Of a stretch of 64,000 nt of DNA, positions 19,925 to 28,291 are shown one piece after another (position 1 is the stretch's first letter; each line of letters opens with the position of its first letter). The notes under the pieces are model-generated. The model was not told the origin of the DNA. It saw nothing but the letters and a program-made list of their open reading frames with translations, and did not search any database. The translations under genes were made by a program, and so were the position numbers. The DNA lies in IMG/VR virus record IMGVR_UViG_3300021135_000003; one strand, 5' to 3'. Origin of the DNA: a virus.

Positions 19925-20026
19925 ATGATTGAGATTATTTTAGGTATTACCTTCCTTATTATTATTGCTGTAGTTTGTAAAGGGATTTCCTGTATGAAAA
20001 ACCATAGTGAAACATTGGAGGATTGA
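19925..20026 (+). CDS. small single-TM protein, 33 aa, absent from the ORF track
   Basis: MIEIILGITFLIIIAVVCKGISCMKNHSETLED; GGAG RBS; stop overlaps the next ATG. Confidence 0.55.
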   Translation: MIEIILGITFLIIIAVVCKGISCMKNHSETLED

Positions 20027-20415
20027 TGTCAAAAGTAAAAATTCAAGATGCTCCATTTACTGGACAGTTTTCAAAGCAACAGATTCAAGATGCTATTAAA
20101 GAATCACAGAACGCCACTACTGGTGGTAGAAAATTTGATGGTGGTAAACTGCAATATGGTTTACTGCCACCACTCGCATTAAAAGCGACTGTAGAAATTC
20201 TAACATTTGGCGCAGAGAAATATGAGCCAGATAATTGGAAACATGTGCCTGATTCAAAACGTAGATACTTTGACGCAATGCAAAGACATCTTTGGGCATG
20301 GAAAGAGGAAGAGCAAAACGATCCCGAAACTGGCAAGAACCATTTGGCGCATGCAATGTGCTGCTTAATGTTTTTGTATGAGCATGATGTAAAGTATTCT
20401 AAGGAAACCAAATGA
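20026..20415 (+). CDS. DUF5664-type dATP/dGTP diphosphohydrolase-like protein
   Basis: GRKFDGGK, LTFGAEKY..DNW, AMQRHL.AW and DPETG.NHLAHA motifs. Confidence 0.85.
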   Translation: MSKVKIQDAPFTGQFSKQQIQDAIKESQNATTGGRKFDGGKLQYGLLPPLALKATVEILTFGAEKYEPDNWKHVPDSKRRYFDAMQRHLWAWKEEEQNDPETGKNHLAHAMCCLMFLYEHDVKYSKETK

Positions 20416-20765
20416 CCATCGAACAATGGATTTATGCAGCAACAGCATGGGGAATTTTAATTGCTATTATATATGGTAAAACTGGGTATCAAAACGTATT
20501 CAATTGTTACAAAATGTGGACAACAAAAGAATACTGGACTAATTATAACACAGTCGAGTTTCTTTCTTGGGCTGCAAAGGCAATTATTATTATTCCAGGA
20601 TTGATTTGGGGTATTCAACTTTGGTGGTTATATATCCTAACACTTGGTACAAGTCTTTCTTTAATTTGGGCGAGTAATAAGAAATTACTTCCAACCCTAG
20701 TAGGATTTAATACTATTTGGGCATGGATTAGTTGCATGGTTATTGTTCAACATTTAGTCAAATAA
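20412..20765 (+). CDS. hypothetical membrane protein
   Basis: Several hydrophobic, Trp-rich segments. Confidence 0.75.
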   Translation: MTIEQWIYAATAWGILIAIIYGKTGYQNVFNCYKMWTTKEYWTNYNTVEFLSWAAKAIIIIPGLIWGIQLWWLYILTLGTSLSLIWASNKKLLPTLVGFNTIWAWISCMVIVQHLVK

Positions 20766-20767
20766 AT

Positions 20768-20796
20768 TTGTCAAAAAGCCACTTTTAGGGTATAAT
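20768..20796 (+). promoter_or_regulatory. sigma70-type promoter upstream of the gp45 operon
   Basis: TTGTCA-17 bp-TATAAT. Confidence 0.75.
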
Positions 20797-20837
20797 GAAT
20801 TATACATATTATTATACCAAACAAAAAGGAGTTAATA

Positions 20838-21014
20838 ATGGAACATGTATATGTGCGTTGCCCAATGGATGGAACACAGAATCAAAAGTTTTGTGGTCTA
20901 GTTGAACACTATAAATCAAATGGAAATATTGATGAATGTCCACATCTCCAAGAGTGTAGTGAAATTAAAAATTATGTTATCAATGAAGAAGGAAAATTAA
21001 ATGAAATTAAGTAA
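20838..21014 (+). CDS. small Cys-containing protein, 58 aa, absent from the ORF track
   Basis: MEHVYVRCPMDGTQNQKFCGLVEHY...ECPHLQECSE; AAGGAG RBS; four Cys. Confidence 0.6.
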   Translation: MEHVYVRCPMDGTQNQKFCGLVEHYKSNGNIDECPHLQECSEIKNYVINEEGKLNEIK

Positions 21015-21657
21015 AGAAACTGTAGGTCTAATTAAGAACTTTGCTGGTATCAATAGCAATTTGCTTTTGAAGGCTGGTAATAAATTGGCCACTATCTCGG
21101 CTCAGAAAAACGTAATGGCTGATGCAGTTGTTACTGAAACTTTCCCAGACTTTGGTATCTATGACCTCAATGAGTTCCTCGGTGCCATGTCTTTGTTCGA
21201 TGATCCAGAATTGACATTCAATGACAAGTGGGTTACTATTGAACAAGGTGGCAACAGTATTAAATACTTTGCAGCTGAAGCAAGCGTATTGACTGCTCCA
21301 CAAAAAGCGATTACCTTCCCAGATCCAGAAATTGAATTTAATATGAGCGCAAATATGCTCAGCATGATTCAACGTACTGCTTCTGTATTGCGTGCTTCTG
21401 ATGTATCTATCGTTGGTGATGGTTCAACTATGAGCGTAGTTGTTGGTGATAAAAAGAATGCCACTGGTAACTCATATAACTCTACTGTTGGTTCAAGTGA
21501 CAAGAAATTCAAAGTTAATTTGAAAGTAGAAAACCTAAAAATGATTCCAGGTGATTATGCTGTTAGTGTTTCCAGTAAGAAGATCTCTCGCTTCAAAGGT
21601 GCTGGTGATTTGGTTTATTATGTAGCAGTTGAGGCAGATTCATCATTCGAGTTTTAA
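21001..21657 (+). CDS. gp45: sliding clamp
   Basis: MKLSKET...KNFAGIN, FGIYDLNEFL and YYVAVE motifs. Confidence 0.96.
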   Translation: MKLSKETVGLIKNFAGINSNLLLKAGNKLATISAQKNVMADAVVTETFPDFGIYDLNEFLGAMSLFDDPELTFNDKWVTIEQGGNSIKYFAAEASVLTAPQKAITFPDPEIEFNMSANMLSMIQRTASVLRASDVSIVGDGSTMSVVVGDKKNATGNSYNSTVGSSDKKFKVNLKVENLKMIPGDYAVSVSSKKISRFKGAGDLVYYVAVEADSSFEF

Positions 21658-21658
21658 T

Positions 21659-23128
21659 ATGAAGAACATTATTGTTCTTGGTGGCGGAACAGCTGGGTTA
21701 ATCTCTGCTATCACTTTAAAGAAAACTTTTCCCGATTATTCAATTAAAGTTATTGAATCCGATAACATTGGAATCATCGGTGTTGGAGAAGGATCAACTG
21801 AACATTGGAGACGATGGGTTGAATATTGTGGTTTAGACATTAGAAATTTAATTAGAGAAACTGATGCTGCATTAAAGAAAGGTATCAAATTTGAAAACTG
21901 GAATGGTGATGGTAAAAGTTATTTCCACTCACTTGGTGGATTATGGTATCCTTACAATCAACCAGTTAATGAAAATGAGTTTGTAAAATCTTTAATTATT
22001 TCAAATATTAAAACTGAAGATGTTTTAGTTGACACGAATTTAATTGATTCAAAATCTGGAATTTTTAGTGTCAATCAATTTCATTTTAATACATTCAAGT
22101 TAAATGTTTATTTACATAAGGTTTGTGAAGAACGTGGCATTGAAGTAACAAATGATACAATCTCCAATGTTACACTATCGCCTACTGGCGATGTTGCCTC
22201 TATTGTTGGAGAGAATGCTGAGTATTTTGCGGATTTCTTTATTGATAGTAGCGGATTTAAAAGGGTTATTGCTTCAGCAGTTGGAGCGAAGTTTATTTCC
22301 TATAAAAAATATCTTCCAATGAATCATGCATTAGCATTTCCAACTGATGATGTATCAGATCTTAAACCATACACACTATCTCGTGCCCTCTCTTCTGGAT
22401 GGAATTGGAGAATATCTACACAGGGTAGGTACGGTAATGGTTATGTTTTCTGTGATGACTTTATTGACTCAACAAAAGCCCATGATGAAGTTCAATCATT
22501 TTATACTGAACAAGTTAATGTCGCCAAAGATATTAGATTTGAAGCTGGTCGTGTAGATAAATTTTGGATTAATAATGTAGTTTCTGTCGGTTTATCTGCA
22601 TCATTTGTTGAACCTTTAGAAGCATCTAGTATCGGCAACTCAATATTGCAAGCATTTGGTATATGCGAAATGTTAGGGGACTGGGTTGAAGACAGATCAG
22701 TATGCAACAAATACAATGATACCTTTACTAAGTGTTTTGACAATATAGTTGATTTTGTTCAGTTACATTATATCACTAAACGTAAAGATACTTTGTTTTG
22801 GCAAACATTACCAGAGATGATGACGCAGACTGATTTTATTAAAGATCATCTTGAACATTTCAAACGAAATATGCCATCCCAGCATTATTTTTCTGGTTTC
22901 TATAATATGTTTAATGCACCAAATTGGGCTCAGGTAATGGCTGGTCTTGATTTGTATGAAAAAGAACATATGAAATATAATTTGATTAATACTCATGGTA
23001 AGGGTATAATTGAAAACCAGTTGACTGAATATGATAAGTATCTTTCTGAATTGGAAACTGAGTCGTGGATTGAACATAAAGTTTTACTATCCCAAAATAA
23101 TATTGTAGTAAAAATTGACCGTAATTAA
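21659..23128 (+). CDS. flavin-dependent tryptophan halogenase-like protein
   Basis: GGGTAG, IGVGEGS, K in LKKGIKF, WNWRI (WxWxIP-like) and FVEPLEASSI motifs. Confidence 0.9.
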   Translation: MKNIIVLGGGTAGLISAITLKKTFPDYSIKVIESDNIGIIGVGEGSTEHWRRWVEYCGLDIRNLIRETDAALKKGIKFENWNGDGKSYFHSLGGLWYPYNQPVNENEFVKSLIISNIKTEDVLVDTNLIDSKSGIFSVNQFHFNTFKLNVYLHKVCEERGIEVTNDTISNVTLSPTGDVASIVGENAEYFADFFIDSSGFKRVIASAVGAKFISYKKYLPMNHALAFPTDDVSDLKPYTLSRALSSGWNWRISTQGRYGNGYVFCDDFIDSTKAHDEVQSFYTEQVNVAKDIRFEAGRVDKFWINNVVSVGLSASFVEPLEASSIGNSILQAFGICEMLGDWVEDRSVCNKYNDTFTKCFDNIVDFVQLHYITKRKDTLFWQTLPEMMTQTDFIKDHLEHFKRNMPSQHYFSGFYNMFNAPNWAQVMAGLDLYEKEHMKYNLINTHGKGIIENQLTEYDKYLSELETESWIEHKVLLSQNNIVVKIDRN

Positions 23129-23143
23129 ATAATGGAGTAAGTG

Positions 23144-24097
23144 ATGATTGATTTTCGTGATGACCAATTTCTTTGGGTAGAAAAATATCGCCCACAGAAA
23201 ATTGATGACTGTGTTCTTCCTGAATCTTTGAAAGAAACTTTTAAGCAATATGTAACTCAGGGTGAACTACCTCATTTCCTTCTTTCTGGAACTGCAGGGG
23301 TGGGCAAAACTACCATTGCCAAAGCACTCTGTAATGAGATTGGTGCTGAATATATTATGCTTAATGGTTCAGATACTGGGGGTCATATTGATACCCTTAG
23401 AACTCAGATCAAGGGATTTGCTTCAACAGTATCCCTAACTGATTCACCAAAGATAGTTATTATGGATGAGGCAGATTTTCTTCAGGCAAACTCTACTCAG
23501 CCAGCCTTGCGTGCATTTATTGAAGAGTTCTCCGCTAATTGTCGTTTCATCTTTACTTGTAATTTTAAGAATAAGATTTTAGAAGCGATTCATTCTCGTT
23601 GCGTTTGTATCGATTTTAAGATTGACGCAAAAGATAAACAAGTGATGTTAACTCAATTCTTTAAACGTGCAACGCAAATTCTTAAACAAGAGAATGTTGA
23701 CTTTGATCAGAAAGTAGTTGCTGAACTAATTACTAAACACTTTCCAGATTATCGTAGAGTTTTAAACGAACTTCAGCGTTATAGTGTTTCAGGTAAGATT
23801 GATTCTGGTATTCTAGTTAATATGAGTCAGGAATCTTTCAAAGATCTAATTAAGATGATGAAAGAAAAAGATTTTACTAATGTGCGTAAATGGGTTGGTA
23901 AAAATTCTGATTCAGATACAGTTGCTCTGTTTCGTGAACTTTATGACACGTCAGTAACATATATGGTTCCAGAAAGTATTCCCTCATTGGTTTTGGTTCT
24001 TGCTGATTATCAATACAAAGCAGCATTCGTTGCTGATCATGAACTGAATATTATGGCAGCATTGACTGAGATTATGGCCAACTGTAAATTCAAGTGA
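23144..24097 (+). CDS. gp44: clamp loader large subunit
   Basis: LWVEKYRP, GTAGVGKT, DEAD and SRC motifs. Confidence 0.97.
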   Translation: MIDFRDDQFLWVEKYRPQKIDDCVLPESLKETFKQYVTQGELPHFLLSGTAGVGKTTIAKALCNEIGAEYIMLNGSDTGGHIDTLRTQIKGFASTVSLTDSPKIVIMDEADFLQANSTQPALRAFIEEFSANCRFIFTCNFKNKILEAIHSRCVCIDFKIDAKDKQVMLTQFFKRATQILKQENVDFDQKVVAELITKHFPDYRRVLNELQRYSVSGKIDSGILVNMSQESFKDLIKMMKEKDFTNVRKWVGKNSDSDTVALFRELYDTSVTYMVPESIPSLVLVLADYQYKAAFVADHELNIMAALTEIMANCKFK

Positions 24098-24104
24098 GGC
24101 TGAT

Positions 24105-24434
24105 ATGACATTATATGATTATTTGATATGGATTGTTGTTTGGATTATGGGTGCTGTATATGGATGGTATGCTAGAGAACGTCATGCAAAAAGAACTATC
24201 GAGCGTTTTGTTACAGAGATAATGCCAAAGGTTGAAGAACAATCTGATTCCCGCATCCACGTTTCAATTGAAAAACATAATGGTGTATTTTATGTTTATG
24301 ATAAAATACAAAATGAATTTATGGCTCAAGGTAAAACTCGTAGAGAGTTAGAAGATGCTCTTGCAAAAAGATATCCAAATAAATATTTTGCCGCAACAAC
24401 AGAAGATCTAAGGGTACTCAATGAGTCCCTTTGA
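24105..24434 (+). CDS. hypothetical protein with N-terminal TM helix
   Basis: 109-aa ORF with GAGG RBS. Confidence 0.7.
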   Translation: MTLYDYLIWIVVWIMGAVYGWYARERHAKRTIERFVTEIMPKVEEQSDSRIHVSIEKHNGVFYVYDKIQNEFMAQGKTRRELEDALAKRYPNKYFAATTEDLRVLNESL

Positions 24435-24804
24435 TTTTTTAAATGCAATTAATTTTACCAAAGAAGATTTGTTTGAAAAGGATCCGCAAGCAGGTAAAGA
24501 TTATAAACCTTTCATTATAAATAGAGGGTTATCGTATTTCCCCGATACCGTATTCTATGCTAACCAGATGAATCAACATGCTGGTTTAGATAAGGATATG
24601 CAGTTTTTCTTTTTCCTAAATATTATTTCGAGGAAAAAGAGATTTAGTAAGTGGTCTAAAAAAGACGCTGAAACGGAATCTCTTGAACTCGTTAAAGAGT
24701 ATTATGGGTATTCAAGTGAGAAGGCGACAGAAGCATTAAAAGTGCTGTCCGAAGAGAACTTGATTATGATAAAAGAGAAACTATATAAAGGTGGAAAATC
24801 ATGA
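24421..24804 (+). CDS. gp62: clamp loader small subunit
   Basis: PFIINRGLSYFPDT, RKKRFSKW and EYYGYS.EKA motifs. Confidence 0.95.
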   Translation: MSPFDFLNAINFTKEDLFEKDPQAGKDYKPFIINRGLSYFPDTVFYANQMNQHAGLDKDMQFFFFLNIISRKKRFSKWSKKDAETESLELVKEYYGYSSEKATEALKVLSEENLIMIKEKLYKGGKS

Positions 24805-25220
24805 CTGTTGAAATGATTTATTACGACTGGACGCCAGAGTCCATGCTTGAAGTGGTTTTACCTGAGCCTGATAACTTTCTAAAGGTTCGTGAAACTTTGA
24901 CTCGCATTGGGATTGCTTCTAGGAAAGAAAACAAATTATACCAATCTTGCCATATTTTGCATAAGCAAGGTAGGTACTTTATCGTGCACTTCAAAGAACT
25001 ATTTGCTTTGGACGGTAAAGAATCGAATATCACTGCTGGTGATATTGAGCGCAGGAATGCTATTTCTGGTTTGCTACAGGATTGGGATCTGTTAAAGATC
25101 CTAAATAATACGCAGGCTGAGCAAAAAGCATCTCTGTCTCAAATTAAAGTTGTGTCCTTCAAAGAGAAAGACCAATGGGAATTAGTACCGAAATATAACA
25201 TAGGAAAAAAATCAAAATGA
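24801..25220 (+). CDS. regA: translational repressor RegA
   Basis: FLKVRETLTRIGIAS and QSCHILHKQGRYFIVHFKELF motifs. Confidence 0.97.
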   Translation: MTVEMIYYDWTPESMLEVVLPEPDNFLKVRETLTRIGIASRKENKLYQSCHILHKQGRYFIVHFKELFALDGKESNITAGDIERRNAISGLLQDWDLLKILNNTQAEQKASLSQIKVVSFKEKDQWELVPKYNIGKKSK

Positions 25221-25393
25221 TTAAACTTGAACTTGAAATTAATGAAGTAAATTCTATTCTTGCCGTATTGGGTAAGCATCCTTTCGAGGAAGTTGTAGCA
25301 TTGATCCAAAAGATCAAAGTACAAGGCGACCCACAAGCACAAGCAATCGCTGACGCTGAAGCTGCACAGGCACCAGAAACACCAGCTGTTTAA
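25217..25393 (+). CDS. small hypothetical, 58 aa, absent from the ORF track
   Basis: MIKLELEINEVNSILAVLGKHPFEEVVALIQKIKVQG...; ATGA overlap with regA. Confidence 0.7.
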   Translation: MIKLELEINEVNSILAVLGKHPFEEVVALIQKIKVQGDPQAQAIADAEAAQAPETPAV

Positions 25394-25407
25394 TCAGGAG
25401 AAACTAA

Positions 25408-25602
25408 ATGGCAGAACAAGTAAACCCAACAATCGAAGAAATTGAAGCAAAAGATGCTGCTGCTCGCGCAGAAGCTATTAAGGCTGCAGAAGAAAAAGCT
25501 GCTGCTGAACTTGCTGCTCACGTAGCTGCAGTTAAAGCTACTGAAGCTGAGGCTCTTGCTAAATCTGCCGAACAGTTTCCAGAATATCACGCTGATAAGT
25601 AA
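25408..25602 (+). CDS. small Ala/Glu-rich helical protein
   Basis: AGGAG RBS; codon usage typical of highly expressed genes. Confidence 0.7.
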   Translation: MAEQVNPTIEEIEAKDAAARAEAIKAAEEKAAAELAAHVAAVKATEAEALAKSAEQFPEYHADK

Positions 25603-25603
25603 T

Positions 25604-25740
25604 TCACCTTAGGACCGCTAAGTTACGAATCGTTGGTAAAGCTGTCAGTACGTTAAGCTGTCGCTGGAACCAGTAACCAGCATTTAATCGACATGCCTTC
25701 GGGGTGTCAAATTTATAACTCGCTTAATAGGAGAAACACC
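25604..25740 (+). ncRNA. candidate structured RNA / hsp20 5' leader
   Basis: Non-coding, GC-richer than flanks, with hairpins CTTAG-GACCG-CTAAG, GCTGG-N9-CCAGC and GACATGCC-TTCG-GGGTGTC. Confidence 0.45.
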
Positions 25741-26241
25741 ATGGGAAATTCATTTCCAAACATTGCATTATTTGGTCCAGGATTTAAGGACTTCGACAAA
25801 TTCTTTGTCGGCTTTGAGGATCACGCAAAACAGTTACAGTCTTTGCATGCTGATCTAACTAAAAACATTCCAAACTACCCACCTTATAACATTCGCAAGA
25901 ATGATGAGAACTCATACACAATCGAAATCGCAGTTGCTGGTTTCGGTGAGTCAGAGATCGATATTGAGATTGATGGTGGTAAGTTGATTGTTAAGGGTAA
26001 TGTTGATGCAGCTACTGATGCACTAGAAGATAACTTCTTGTTCAAAGGTATTGCTACTCGTGCATTTACTCGTGCATTTGCTATCGATGATCATATCGAA
26101 GTTAAGAACGCAGAACTATTTAATGGTATGCTTAAAATCGCTTTGGAGCGTTTAGTTCCAGAAGAACAGAAGCCAAAGAAAGTTCCAGTAAAGACAACTG
26201 GCAAAAAAGAATTTTTGACTGAAGGAAATACAAATGACTAA
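25741..26241 (+). CDS. hsp20: small heat shock protein Hsp20 (IbpA-like)
   Basis: NYPPYNI, IEIAVAGF, KGIATRAFTRAF and NGMLKI motifs; AGGAG RBS. Confidence 0.95.
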   Translation: MGNSFPNIALFGPGFKDFDKFFVGFEDHAKQLQSLHADLTKNIPNYPPYNIRKNDENSYTIEIAVAGFGESEIDIEIDGGKLIVKGNVDAATDALEDNFLFKGIATRAFTRAFAIDDHIEVKNAELFNGMLKIALERLVPEEQKPKKVPVKTTGKKEFLTEGNTND

Positions 26242-26341
26242 CATTCTAAAATCTATTAAGGGATTTGTTGTGGAAGTTATTGCGTGTATTCAAGAAGCAA
26301 AAAGAATTCAAGCACAGGAGTACACAAAATGGCACTCCTAA
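26234..26341 (+). CDS. small hypothetical, 35 aa
   Basis: MTNILKSIKGFVVEVIACIQEAKRIQAQEYTKWHS; AAGGA RBS; overlaps the hsp20 end. Confidence 0.5.
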   Translation: MTNILKSIKGFVVEVIACIQEAKRIQAQEYTKWHS

Positions 26342-26475
26342 AATTGATTAGTAAATTATTTCCAAAACAACAATCATCTCTTGAACAATTTATCGTAAGT
26401 AAACGACCACTTAATGCTGCAGATGTAGAGCATTGGACTCGTAGATATTACGAAGGTCAAGCAAGGGGATTATAA
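26329..26475 (+). CDS. small hypothetical, 48 aa
   Basis: AGGAG RBS; LEQFIVSKRPLNAADVEHW. Confidence 0.65.
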   Translation: MALLKLISKLFPKQQSSLEQFIVSKRPLNAADVEHWTRRYYEGQARGL

Positions 26476-26555
26476 TGTGTAATTGGATTCCAATGACCGA
26501 TGATGATTGGGATTGGGTTAATGGTAAAGTACCAGTAACTCCTAACCAAAAATAA
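26475..26555 (+). CDS. micro-peptide, 26 aa
   Basis: MCNWIPMTDDDWDWVNGKVPVTPNQK; AAGGGG RBS; TAATG coupling. Confidence 0.5.
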   Translation: MCNWIPMTDDDWDWVNGKVPVTPNQK

Positions 26556-26565
26556 TCATAGCAAG

Positions 26566-26589
26566 TAGGGGGACTTTCGGGTTCCCCTA
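26566..26589 (+). terminator. GC-rich hairpin (terminator or RNA stabiliser)
   Basis: TAGGGGGAC-TTTCGG-GTTCCCCTA; weak T-tail. Confidence 0.55.
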
Positions 26590-26599
26590 AATACTTGTT

Positions 26600-26806
26600 A
26601 TGATGAAAGCAAAACTATCACCAAACCTCATATCCTTCTTTCTGGTTCGCAGAGGGAATTGGACATTGAAAGTTTCGGTGTACAAGAATAAGCAGATTCT
26701 AGTTTTAATGCAACACGTATATGATATGGATAAAATTATTATGGAATATTTCCAGAGTCAAGACGAAGCAGCAAATTTTATTGAACACATGATAGAGGAA
26801 GTATAA
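26600..26806 (+). CDS. hypothetical protein
   Basis: 68-aa ORF coupled to the next gene. Confidence 0.65.
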   Translation: MMKAKLSPNLISFFLVRRGNWTLKVSVYKNKQILVLMQHVYDMDKIIMEYFQSQDEAANFIEHMIEEV

Positions 26807-27108
26807 TGATTAAAGTTTTTAAACTATTGAATGGTGAAGAGATTATCGCCAAGACTGAATTAACTGAATTTGGTTATACATTAAGCGATCCCGCTGCAAT
26901 CGTAATTCAACAAACAGAAAAAGGTGTTGGTGTTGGACTTGCTCCATACATGCCTTACGCTGAAAGCGACATTATCCTTTACGCTACCGCAATCGCTACT
27001 GAAGGTATTCCAGCCCCAAACATGGCGAACGAATATAACCGAATCTTTGGCTCGGGTATCGAGGTCGTTTCCGCCAGTGCCCTGAGTGGTCTAAAGATCG
27101 TCTCTTAG
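26806..27108 (+). CDS. conserved T4-like hypothetical (Sm-like fold likely)
   Basis: IKVFKLLNGEEIIA, LAPYMPY and YNRIFGSGI motifs. Confidence 0.8.
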   Translation: MIKVFKLLNGEEIIAKTELTEFGYTLSDPAAIVIQQTEKGVGVGLAPYMPYAESDIILYATAIATEGIPAPNMANEYNRIFGSGIEVVSASALSGLKIVS

Positions 27109-27213
27109 GACGTGCCAAAACGATCGTAGAGACGTTTTTCGGCTCCCAATAGGGGTTTACCCACCCCTACCTCTCCGACCTCCCTACGGTCTCCTACGCC
27201 CTCTCTCGGGCTT

Positions 27214-27330
27214 TAAAATCCCTTTCTAAATCAATAACTTACGTATTCCCCTCAGGTTTGTAGGGGATAGTCAAATTTCGCTTTACTTTAATGCAATTAT
27301 GGCGTATAATAGTTGTATAAATGATGAAAA
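27214..27330 (+). promoter_or_regulatory. early promoter module copy 3 with IHF-consensus box
   Basis: AAATCAATAACTTACG(27228), then TTTACT(27282)-17 bp-TATAAT(27305) and AGTTGTATAAAT. Confidence 0.85.
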
Positions 27331-27341
27331 AAGGAACTGAA

Positions 27342-27554
27342 ATGAGCGTAATTTATAAGTCAAAATCTGAGTTGGCTAAAGAAACTGAAAAACAAATTAA
27401 AGCATTCCTCCGTAAAGGTGGTTCGATTGAAGTTGTTAAGTCTCGTAAAGCACCAAAACAAATGATGCGTTCGAAATCTTCACGTGGCTTTGTTCAAGGT
27501 ACTTCTGGTTTTCCAGCTGGTGCTCCACGCAAATCTGCTTTCAGTTTAGTTTAA
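27342..27554 (+). CDS. small basic early protein
   Basis: AAGGA RBS; FLRKGGSIEV motif. Confidence 0.75.
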   Translation: MSVIYKSKSELAKETEKQIKAFLRKGGSIEVVKSRKAPKQMMRSKSSRGFVQGTSGFPAGAPRKSAFSLV

Positions 27555-27572
27555 TTTTTTAGGAGATCATAA

Positions 27573-27947
27573 ATGTCTGAATTCAAATCTTGGGAAGAAA
27601 TGTCTGCGTTGGAACAAGCCCAGTGCACTTACTCGGACTTTCATAAAGATGCTTATGGTTTCCGTCCACGCAATGATGTTAGCAATTGGACACTAGAGGA
27701 TTTTGATCGTGAGTTCGCTGTGTTTGCTCGTGTATGTGAAGAGAATCGCATCCAAGAAGAAGCTGCAGAAGCTGAAGCAATTATTCGTTTCGAGGATCGT
27801 GTAACAAATCTTATGCACACTGGCACTAATCGTGCTCGTGTTATTGCTTGGCTCATGGATGCTGAGGGTGTTAATGGTGACTTTGAGTATTTCTGTTTTA
27901 CGCAGGGTCTTCCTTATGGTTACTTCAAAGAAATGGAAGTAGCATGA
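27573..27947 (+). CDS. hypothetical early protein
   Basis: AGGAG RBS; SDFHKDAYGFRPR motif, which I recall from other phage early proteins. Confidence 0.8.
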   Translation: MSEFKSWEEMSALEQAQCTYSDFHKDAYGFRPRNDVSNWTLEDFDREFAVFARVCEENRIQEEAAEAEAIIRFEDRVTNLMHTGTNRARVIAWLMDAEGVNGDFEYFCFTQGLPYGYFKEMEVA

Positions 27948-28291
27948 TTTTAGCAAGAGAACTTACAACTTGGGAAGATGGTATGGATTGTAACCATACA
28001 TATATAATGAGCGAATCAATGGATAAGATTTTTGGTTATTTCAAAAAGAATAATCCTAAAGATTTTATGATGTTTAAAAATTTTATTCGCATTGATACAA
28101 GGTATCGTAAGTTTAAAGTTATTCAACGCAACTTAAATTTTGCTGGGCAGAAACCCTCTAATCGAACTTGGGAAATTAAAGGTAGCAAGGATCACGTATA
28201 TACTGTTGAAGAAACAGAAAATGGTTTGAGTTGTAGCTGTATTGGTTTTAAATATCATGGTAAGTGTAAACATATCGAGAGTGTAAAATGA
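27944..28291 (+). CDS. hypothetical protein with C-terminal SWIM zinc finger
   Basis: CSCIGFKYHGKCKH. Confidence 0.8.
   Translation: MILARELTTWEDGMDCNHTYIMSESMDKIFGYFKKNNPKDFMMFKNFIRIDTRYRKFKVIQRNLNFAGQKPSNRTWEIKGSKDHVYTVEETENGLSCSCIGFKYHGKCKHIESVK

Noticed and set aside
20026-20415. 2-aminoadenine (Z) genome system
   Set aside because: No PurZ is present in the window, and DUF5664 alone is insufficient evidence
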